A DNA stretch of 63,825 bases, the filler included, from Octopus bimaculoides (taxonomy: Eukaryota): NCBI RefSeq assembly GCF_001194135.2. It is 4 parts of 3 records of this genome, joined end to end, with 100 filler letters (N's around TTAATTAATTAA, not from the genome) between each part and the next. Parts side by side here need not be neighbours in the genome. Positions count along the whole stretch, not along the records: positions 39,590 to 62,433 come from NC_068986.1; positions 62,534 to 63,825 come from NC_068984.1; 2 more parts are not named here. One strand, written 5' to 3'. The notes beneath the pieces are model-generated. The model did no database searches. It saw nothing but the letters and a program-made list of their open reading frames with translations, and had not been told where the DNA came from. Position numbers and translations under genes: made by a program. This document shows positions 54,221-63,825 of the stretch, piece after piece. The stretch's first letter is position 1; each line of letters begins with the position of its first letter.

Positions 54221-54861
54221 NNNNNNNNNNNNNNNNNNNNNNNNNNNNNNNNNNNNNNNNNNNNNNNNNNNNNNNNNNNNNNNNNNNNNNNNNNNNNNNN
54301 NNNNNNNNNNNNNNNNNNNNNNNNNNNNNNNNNNNNNNNNNNNNNNNNNNNNNNNNNNNNNNNNNNNNNNNNNNNNNNNNNNNNNNNNNNNNNNNNNNNN
54401 NNNNNNNNNNNNNNNNNNNNNNNNNNNNNNNNNNNNNNNNNNNNNNNNNNNNNNNNNNNNNNNNNNNNNNNNNNNNNNNNNNNNNNNNNNNNNNNNNNNN
54501 NNNNNNNNNNNNNNNNNNNNNNNNNNNNNNNNNNNNNNNNNNNNNNNNNNNNNNNNNNNNNNNNNNNNNNNNNNNNNNNNNNNNNNNNNNNNNNNNNNNN
54601 NNNNNNNNNNNNNNNNNNNNNNNNNNNNNNNNNNNNNNNNNNNNNNNNNNNNNNNNNNNNNNNNNNNNNNNNNNNNNNNNNNNNNNNNNNNNNNNNNNNN
54701 NNNNNNATATATATATATATATACATATAGTTAAGATTCAGTTGAATTAGGTACTTAGGTTGAGGCACCAAGTCAGTCCGGCATGATCTGCAGAGCTGGA
54801 AGTTTGATGAATAAATAGCAAATAAGTAACAAGCATGCCCATGTATCAGTGTATTACGACA

Positions 54862-55190
54862 GTTTCAAGCGGCTTCATTTAATCGATGAAACCAAGCATT
54901 CCACCAATTTGAAATAAGCCACTCACCTCGGACGCATAAGACCATATAGGTTTTCAACATATAGGGTACTCCATTATACTTTTTGCAAATTTTCTCTAGA
55001 GAGTTCATTCTGTTAATAGCAGTAAGAATTGTAATGCTTTTATTCCCTAATTCTGATGAAACATTTGCTAAACTTATAATGTAGTATCCTGTATGTTGAC
55101 AACCTATATGGTCTTATGCACCAAGGAGAGCGATTTATTTCAAGCTGATGTGATGTTTGCATTGATTGATTAAATGGAGCCGCTTGAAAC
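54862..55190. repeat. About 330-bp imperfect foldback
   Basis: gtttcaagcggcttcatttaatc / gattaaatggagccgcttgaaac and gcataagaccatataggtt / aacctatatggtcttatgc pair, and pairing continues inward. Confidence 0.9.
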
Positions 55191-55683
55191 GGCCGTAAGC
55201 AATAATACCGGGACATCCTTTTAACTTATTTGCTTTGCATATATATATGTATTTATATACCTTTCTGTGTGCGTGTGTGTGTTTTTTTTGTGACTGTGTT
55301 TGTCCCCCTCCCAGTACATGACAACCGGTGCTGGTGTACCTAGGTCCCGGTTCAGGAAAAGGAAGTGGTAGAATAAGTATCGGACTTTAATGCACTGGGA
55401 TCGAAATTCGATTAGAAATTCTTCGAGGCGATGCCTAAGCATAGCTACAGTCTAATGAATGAAACAAGTAAAAAGGATACCTGTACAGATAACCATATAC
55501 ATTTGTATATGGCTTATATAGAAATATATAATTATGCACATATAACAACACACATATATACGCACATATATGAATGCGTAATTAAGAAGTGTATATAGGT
55601 ATGTTCTAATATAATAACGGTTGACCAGGAAGCGCTGAAACATATAAATGAAAATGAACAAAATGAACACGTAAAAAGATATG

Positions 55684-55721
<38 letters not shown>

Positions 55722-55729
55722 TTCAAAAA

Positions 55730-55971
55730 AAGGAGTTCAAAAAGTCTCTCCGCAGGAAGTATTTTATTGCAAAATAAAATATTTATAAGATGGTATAAGA
55801 CTACAAAAGAATATATTAGACTTTGCAAGACTTAAAAAAAAAAAAAACTTTATAAGAGGTGTTGAAAGTCTAGTCCTTGATTTTTAATACATAAGGTCAC
55901 TATTCTACATATGTCTTGAAATACATCTTGGAGAAAAAAATTCACTGCGGGGAGTCATTTTGAACGCCCTG
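55730..55971. mobile_element. Tc1/mariner-type MITE
   Basis: aggagttcaaaaagtctctccgcagg versus the reverse complement of cactgcggggagtcattttgaacgccctg, followed by TA. Confidence 0.65.
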
Positions 55972-56026
55972 TATGTATGTATGTATGTATGTATGTATCT
56001 ATCTATCTATCTATCCATCTATATTT

Positions 56027-56069
<43 letters not shown>

Positions 56070-56190
56070 TATAGATAGATAGATAGATAGATAGGTAGAT
56101 AGATAGATAGAAACGCGTGTATAAGTGTATGCTTTCGTCTTCAATATACATTCTATTTCCTCATCGTTTTATTTTGTCAAATATTTTATC

Positions 56191-56346
56191 TATAAAACCG
56201 TTAGATTCACTTAAACTTTTAAATTTAATTTGCCAAAATGAGATGCAGCACGAAATTTTGTCAATGATCAGGTTGAGCTCTGAATGCGACGAAAATATTG
56301 TAGCAAATTAAATTTAAATGTTGAAGTGAATCTAATAGTTTTTGTA
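56191..56346. repeat. Foldback with ~43-bp arms
   Basis: tataaaaccgttagattcacttaaacttttaaatttaatttgc versus gcaaattaaatttaaatgttgaagtgaatctaatagtttttgta. Confidence 0.88.
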
Positions 56347-57073
56347 TGCTTTTAAATGACTTATAAACACCTTCCACGTTGTAATTGTTTGTTTGTTTTT
56401 TTTCAGCACACGATCTAAGCTCAGGTCACTTGCTATGCAAGTACATCTCCATAATTTTATTTATACTTGTCTATGTAATTTCCCTGATTTTTTAAAATCT
56501 TCTTCGGATTTTAGTATTTGTTTGAATTCCATGTGGTAAAGAGTTTCTAATACGTCACTCAAAATATTACAGGTAAAGAAAAAACAAAGGTTTATTCGTT
56601 TATTCATTTCAAAAGCATCCATTTCATAGATGAAGACAAATCAGGCGTCCCTAACTATGTACTCTATTTAAACAGACTCTGGTGACATACTCATTCCTGC
56701 GGTGTCCATGGTGATGCAAATAATTTACATCCATCTTCCTACTTGTCAGCAAGCTACTTGCTTTTAGTGTCTTAATATATCTGTCATTTACTTCATTCAT
56801 TCATTATCTATCTCCATATTTTATTGTCTATAATCATGTATTATTTGAAACTGACACTCTCACGTACACTCACGCACACGTGAGAGCACGCACGCACACG
56901 CGAGAGCACGCACGCACGCACACGTATAATAAAAGATTATGTCGGTTGAACGCATTGATAATTGTTCCTAGCAAATAAGTTAAAATGTAAATATACGTAG
57001 TCTGATCAATAAGTATCGGGACTGTTTCCATAGTAGCGAAGCTAAAGAACGGAAACTGAAGCCGTGTATGTGT

Positions 57074-57168
57074 GTGTACATGTGCGTGCGTGTACATGTG
57101 CGTGCGTGTACATGTGCGTGCGTGTACATGTGCGTGCGTGTACATGTGCGTGCGTGTACATGTGCGTG
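57074..57168. repeat. 16-bp tandem repeat GTGTACATGTGCGTGC, 6 copies
   Basis: TACAT recurs every 16 bp from 57077 to 57157. Confidence 0.95.
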
Positions 57169-57389
57169 TGAGTGTGTGTTTGTGTTTGTGTGTATATGGG
57201 TTCGCTTTCTATGTTGTTTTTAACCGTGCATTTTGTACAGTTTTATTTTTTTATAGCTCTAAGTTTTAAAAATATTTATCATAGGTATGTGCTTATATGT
57301 GCATTGTACATGTATTACACTGTTTATATCTGTTTTTTGAAAATTTTCTCTCTTCAGTTTGTAGTCGTCTTAGAGTGCGGTGTTGTGGT

Positions 57390-58350
57390 GGGTTTTATTG
57401 TACTGTTCGTGTTTTTCGTTGAGGCTCTGTCTCTCTATTCCTATGTGTGTAGCTTTTACCTAAGTGCCGTGTCACATCCATGCGTTGATAATACCTTGTC
57501 CTCTATGCTATTGACTGAGCTTTTATGTTCTGCTTGAGCATGTTGGTAGCGCACTGACGTGACTTTCCCTGCTTCAAGCTTCTTCCAGTGAACGTTTATA
57601 CGCTCTCCTATGCTGCATGCTGTCTCTCCAATATAAGTAGCTGCCATGCTTCTGTACCGTCCCTCAGTACATCGTAAGCTATACACTATATTCCTAACCG
57701 TACAGTTAAACTGTGGGGTCATCCTACACGCAATACAATTGTTCTCCGTACATGAGACCTGCCTACAGATCAGGAATTTTATAGGGGCACCAGGTCTCTC
57801 TACTACATTAATTCGTAGATTGGCCTTCTCTAATGTTTTTCTAAAGAAAATTGGTCTTATCAACTATTTTTCTAAAAAAACAATAGATAACGCCAGTCTA
57901 CGGATTAAATTAGGAGCTATCAGTAGTAGCTGTCTTAAGCTATACATGATAGTCCTAATATTACAGTTAACCTGTGAGTTCATCCTACATACTATACAAT
58001 TGCTGTCCGTATATGGAAACCTATCGAAGGGATAAGTTGTACAGATCAGTGATTTTATAGGGGCACCAGGCCTTTCTACTACTTTAATCCGTAGATCGGC
58101 CTTATGTAATGATAAATACTTACATTGCAGGGACAGCACGCAGCCTAGGAGAGCGTATAGGTAAAACACTGGGGTGAGATCAAAGGGATGGTAGGTTCGT
58201 CAGTGCTCTACCAACTTGCTCAAGCAGAACATAGAGGATGAGCCAATAGCATAGTGGTCAAAGTATTATCAACCCATAGAACTGTCACGGCACTAAGACA
58301 GGTCGGAGAGGTTACGCGCGTAGCATTAGACAGAACGAGCCTGATCAGAA
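57390..58350. mobile_element. Penelope-like element remnant; GIY-YIG endonuclease sequence on both strands
   Basis: Minus: NCTVRNIVYSLRC..YIGETACSIGERINVHW. Plus from about 58120: TYIAGTARSLGERIGKHW..QAEH. A second N-terminal copy lies at 57935-58110. Confidence 0.85.
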
Positions 58351-58435
58351 AGCACGAATGGAACGGCCACCGCCGCGCCACCCAACATGACGACTAAAGG
58401 CTGAAAGGAGAAAAAAAAACAAGCAGCGTGAAGAA

Positions 58436-58757
58436 ACACTCCGTCGGTTACGACGACGAGGGTCCCAGCTGATACGATCAACGGAACAGCTTGCTCGTGA
58501 AATTAACGTGCAAGTGTCTGAGCACTCCACAGATACCTGTACCCCTAACGTAGTTCTCAGGGTGATTCGGTGTGACACAAGAGTGTGACAAGGCCGGCCC
58601 TTTGAAATACAGGTACAACTCATTTTTGCAAGCTGAGTGGACTGGAGCAACGTGAAATAAGGTGTCTTCCTCAAGGAAGCAACGCGTCGCTAGGAATTGA
58701 ACTTATGACCTCACAATCGCGAGCCGAATGCCCAATCCAACAAGCCACGTGGCTTCA
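58436..58757 (-). mobile_element. SINE with the family C 3' tail but a different head and core
   Basis: 58436-58610 matches family C. The remainder (ctcattttt.c.agctgagtggactggagcaacgtgaaataa.gtgtctt.ctcaagg) does not. Confidence 0.78.
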
Positions 58758-59828
58758 CAAAAACAAACAACGTAATACACATACAATACACATATATGCA
58801 CATACCTATGATAATAAAAATAATTAGATATAAATAAGAAAAATGAACAACAGACGGCCACACCCAAAAAAATAACCATCCCGAAATGCAGCTACACATA
58901 CACACGTTCACACACACACACACACACACACACAGATACACACACATACATACATACATACATACATACACACACACATGATGTATATAATATATGTAAG
59001 CATGTTCACTTCTGTTTTTGAAATTTGAATTCTTCCTCTAAGTAAGTAGCTCGTTTCTAACAAATATACAAAGCTACATCATAAGGATGTCAATCACGAA
59101 AAGAATATCAGATTTTACAACTGAGAAAATTCTTGCATATATCTACTTTAGCATTTGCAATTTATGTTTTTAATTTTTCGTGTTAATTGGTTGACTTCAC
59201 TTTTTGAAAACTGTAGCTTATCCAGATTATCACTCAGGCATTGATTTACAAACTAAGTGCACTAATTATTATTAGTATAATGTTGAAGTTGGAGGTTTTG
59301 AATAATTTGCCCTTCTTTTAGTATGAATGTATGTATGTATGTATGTATGTATCTCTGTATATATGTATATATATAAGTATGTATATCTTTATGTATGTCT
59401 GACTCTAATACTTGAAGATTGAAGCATACATTTCGTCTTAGCAACATTCTCATGAACCTCAAGCTATAATATTGTAATATATATTAAATGCATTGTAATA
59501 AAATAAAATTTCTATAAGAATGACATTTTGAATTCTACTGAGAGCGTAAAAGCACAATACGCCTTCGCATCCAATGTTATTCATTAGTAAGTTGAAATCC
59601 ATACTATTCTGAATTCTGTGAACTAATATTTGCCAAATATACTGAGTAAGAATTAAACAGATTCATTGCCAAATATACTCTGCCCCTATAAAATAACGCG
59701 CCACGGATTAATTGATAAGTGTAATTAATTAAATATGTTGCGATTCTGAAATTGACTAAGTTTACATAGCTTTTATTTCAATCATGGCACGCATGAATTC
59801 TTCTGCCGCTTGTGTAAGACATAATTTA

Positions 59829-59922
59829 TACATTATTTACATTTGAGAGATATTTCTCCTCATCTTGTTTGTGTTAACAACAAACAAGATGAGGACAAAT
59901 ATCCGTTAAATGTAAATAATGT
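59829..59922. repeat. 94-bp palindrome built from the repeat seen at 49215-49275
   Basis: tacattatttacattt..cctcatcttgtttgt / acaaacaagatgagg..aaatgtaaataatgta. Confidence 0.9.
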
Positions 59923-60009
59923 AAATAATTGTTCATCTCTTTAATATTGAACGGACATATTATATTCAATGATATTTTGGACTGTTGCAAATATTCTTTC
60001 TACTAAATG

Positions 60010-60200
60010 CAAAAGGCCAGGAATTTGTGGGGGCGGGGGACTAGACGGTGACATCGATACCAGTGTTTGGCTGGTATTTAATTTATTGACCACGATAGGA
60101 TGACAGGCAAATCACCCTCGGCGGAATTTGAATTTAGAACCTAGCGGCAAACGAAATACTGCAAAGCATTTCGCCCGGTGTGCTAACGATTCTGCCTGTG
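60010..60200 (-). mobile_element. Family A SINE
   Basis: cctcggcggaatttgaatttagaac..gcatttcgcccgg.gtgctaacgattctgcc. Confidence 0.78.
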
Positions 60201-60329
60201 GACTGTTGTAAACATGATGATCATGCTAATACACTTCCGTATGTACATCATATCAACTAAGTTTTAGTTTTATCTGAATTTATCCCTCACGGTGTAATTT
60301 GAACAAACCAGTTTTTTTTTCATGTATAG

Positions 60330-62433
60330 GAACGAACGAACGAACGAACGAAAAAACGAACGTACGTACGTACGAACGAACGTGCGTACGTAAGTGCGAA
60401 CGAAAGAACGAACGAACGGACGTAAGTAAGAATAACTGAACGAACGAAGGAACGAACGAAAGAATGAACGAACGAACGTACGTACGTACATACGAACGGA
60501 CAAACGAACGAACGAACGAACTTACGCACGTACGTATGTATGAACGATCAAACGAACGAACGAACGAACTAACGAACGAACGAAAGTACGTACGTATGTA
60601 CGTTCGTATGTACGTACGTATGTACGTACGTATGTACGTTCACAAGTACCTACGTACGAACTAACGAACGAACGAAGGAAATAACAAACGAACGAACGTA
60701 TGGACGAAGGAACGAACGAAAGATCGAACGAAAGAACGAAAGAACAAACGAAAGAAACATCGAAAGAACGATCAAACGAAAACACGGAAGTACGAATGTA
60801 CGTACGTACGAACAACAGCACGTACGTAAGTAGGTACGACCGAACGATCTAGCAAAAGAATATACGTACGTACGACTGAAACAACAAACGAACGAACGAA
60901 CTAACGAACGAACAAACGAACGAACGAACGTACATACGTACGTTCGTACGTACGAACGACCGGACGAACGAACGAACGAACGTACATACGTACGTGCGAA
61001 CGAAAGAACGAAGTACGTACGTACGTAAGAATGACTGAACGAACGAAAGAACGAACGAAAGAACGTACGTACGAACGAACGAACGAAGTTACGTACGTGC
61101 GTATGTATAAACGATCGAAAGAACGAATGAACGAACGAATGAAAGTACGCATGTATGTACGTACGTAAGTAGGTACATACGAACGAATGAATGAACGAAC
61201 AAAAACGAATTAATGAACGATCGAACGAACGAACGAAGTAAAGAACGAACGTACGTATTTAGAAACGAATAAAAGAACGAACGTACGTACGTATGTAAGT
61301 ACGCAAGTACGTACGTACGAACGAACGGACGAAAGAACGAAGGAAATAACGAACGAACAAACGAACGAACGAACGGACGAACGTACGTACGTACGAACGA
61401 ACGAACAAAAGAATGAACGAACGAACGAACGAACGAACATTCGTACGTACGTACGAACGAAAGAACGAACGATTGAACGAAAATACGTACGTACATACGT
61501 ACATACGAACGAAAGCACGACCGGACGAACGGAGGAACGTAAGTACATAAGTACGTATGGAATATCGATCGATCGAACGTAAGTACATAAGTACGTACGA
61601 AATATCGATCGATCGAAAAAACGAACGAACGAACGAACGAACGTAGGTACGTACGCATTACGTAGGCACGAAATATCGAACGAACGTACGTACGAATGAA
61701 CGAAAGAACATACGGATGAACGAACGAACGAAAGTACGAAAGAACGAACGAATCAATGAACGAACAATCGTACGTGTATACGTATATACGAACGACCGAA
61801 CGAACTTATATACGTTAAAATGTACGTACAAACGAACACAGCGACCGAACGAACGAACAAACAAACGAACGAACGTACGTATAGAAAAAACGAATGAACG
61901 TACGAACGTATTTACGAACGTACGAAAGAATGAACGAAAACAATGAAGGAGCGAAAAAACGAACGAACGAACGAATGAACGAAAGTACGTAAGTAGGTAC
62001 GACCGAAAGATCAATCGAACGAAAGAACGAACGAAGGAAGAAACGATCGAACGTACGTACGTAGGTACGACCGAACGATCAAGCGAACGAACGAACGAAC
62101 GTAATTACGTAAGTACGTACGAACGAACGAACGAACGTACGTACGTACGTATTACATAGGCACAAAATATCGAACAAACGTACGTACGAACGAATGATCG
62201 AACGAACGAATGAACGAAAGAACGAAAGTACAAAGGAACGAACGAATGAACGAACGAAAAAACGTACGTACAAACCAACGCAACGATCGAACGAGCGGAC
62301 GAGCGAGCGAACGAAAAACCGAACAAACGTACATACGAACGAACGTACGTACGTATAAAAGAATGAACGTACGTACGTACGTACGAACGAAAGAACGAAC
62401 GTACGAACGTACGTACGAACGAACGAACGAACG
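60330..62433. repeat. 2.1-kb compound (ACGA)n/(ACGT)n tetranucleotide array
   Basis: Nearly continuous 4-bp phase, very high CpG density, ends at a scaffold join. Confidence 0.97.
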
Positions 62434-62477
62434 NNNNNNNNNNNNNNNNNNNNNNNNNNNNNNNNNNNNNNNNNNNN

Positions 62478-62489
62478 TTAATTAATTAA
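62478..62489. other. Artificial scaffold-join marker TTAATTAATTAA
   Basis: Same layout as at 13362. Confidence 0.93.
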
Positions 62490-63074
62490 NNNNNNNNNNN
62501 NNNNNNNNNNNNNNNNNNNNNNNNNNNNNNNNNCTCTCTCTCCCTCTCCCTCTCTCCCCCTCTCTCTCTCTTTCTGTCGATTGTTTTCACCAGTACCACC
62601 ACCACCGCCACCACAACAGCCACACCCCATTCAGACTTCTGACGTCACCACCACCAATATCTTTGACTTCGGCGCCTTCCCCTCCATCACCATCACTACT
62701 GCCTTTCACATCGCTTACTATCACCGTCATCCCTGACTGCCTCGGCTACCACCACCAGCACCATCATCACCATCACCTCCGCCTCTATCACAACTACAGC
62801 TCATACTATTACTATCACCCCATAACCATCACAACCATCAATCTACTACTGTCCTCACCGTCTCTATGTCTACTATTAATCTCACTCCATCATGAGGAAT
62901 AGTAGAAGTGTCATTGAATAGTGAGAGAGGGGACCAAAGTGTGACACACTGACATACAGAAATTCGTTTTGGCATTTATTATTATAGATGTGTGTGTATG
63001 TATATATATATATATACAAATATATACATATACATATACAAATATATACATATATAAATATATACATATATATT

Positions 63075-63107
<33 letters not shown>

Positions 63108-63489
63108 NNNNNNNNNNTAATAATAATAATAAAATATCAAATGTTATGGTGTGTGATGTTTGGTCTATCCTGTACATAGAGACATGACTGTTCGATTAAG
63201 AATTTTGCTTCGCAAACCCTGTAGCAGCGTGATCAGTCTCTGTGGCATCTTGGATAAACGTCTCTTACTACAACCCCGTGCCAAACAATGCCTTTTGAGT
63301 GAATTCCTTAGACGTAAACCGTTTGATGAATGTGTGAATTTATGTTTGATTCCACACCACTAGGCACATAAGCGAACGGTTCAGCAAAAGAACAAGTATA
63401 AGACTTTTCAAAACAGTGTCCAGTTTTGGCCGCAGAATATATATGTATATAAGTCACTCTGTTACTTCTGCTAAATATTGATTGCAAAT

Positions 63490-63660
63490 TTTGACACTAG
63501 GTCAGCAATTTTGCGGGAGGTACAAAGACGATTACATCGACCCCCCGTGTTCGACTGGTACTTATTTTATCTACTCCAAAAGGATGAAAGGCCAAGTCGA
63601 CATCGGCGGAATTTGAGCTTAGAACGTTAAGATGGAAGAAATGCCGCAAAGCATTTTACA
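63490..63660 (-). mobile_element. Family A SINE
   Basis: aaggatgaaaggccaagtcgacatcggcggaatttgagcttagaac. Confidence 0.8.
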
Positions 63661-63686
63661 CTTTTACTAAATATTAATAAAAAAGA

Positions 63687-63758
<72 letters not shown>

Positions 63759-63825
63759 CATATGTAAGTGTATATATATTTAAATATATATGTGCACGTG
63801 TGCGCGTGCACGTATATATATATAT

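Noticed and set aside
56995-57025. Isolated mariner-like TIR (tacgtagtctgatcaataagtatc)
   Set aside because: No partner TIR or internal sequence; too short to call an element.
60330-62433. Array as a CRISPR array or a coding repeat
   Set aside because: There is no constant repeat with unique spacers, the context is eukaryotic with no cas genes, and the translations are low-complexity tetramer artefacts.

Overview
AT-rich, microsatellite-dense eukaryotic DNA with many N gaps. The repeat families look like an octopus genome (my recognition, not a database result). Three 100-bp artificial joins (44 N + TTAATTAATTAA + 44 N, markers at 13362, 39534 and 62478) split the window into four segments whose adjacency is not proven. 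The only host gene I can support is three phase-2 LRR exons on the minus strand (72, 69 and 144 bp). They splice in frame and resemble a type B LGR (LGR4/5/6, bursicon-receptor/rickets-like). The rest is mobile-element debris: three tRNA-derived SINE families, Tc1/mariner/pogo relics and MITEs, a Gypsy gag relic, CR1/L2-like and RLE-type LINE fragments, a Helitron-like element and Penelope-like pieces. The most unusual signals are (i) several long foldback hairpins, one with hammerhead-ribozyme core motifs on both strands, (ii) a ~1-kb palindrome of Penelope GIY-YIG sequence, and (iii) a 2.1-kb CpG-rich (ACGA/ACGT) array with higher-order structure. No previously undescribed system is proven. 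The hammerhead-bearing foldbacks are the best candidate.
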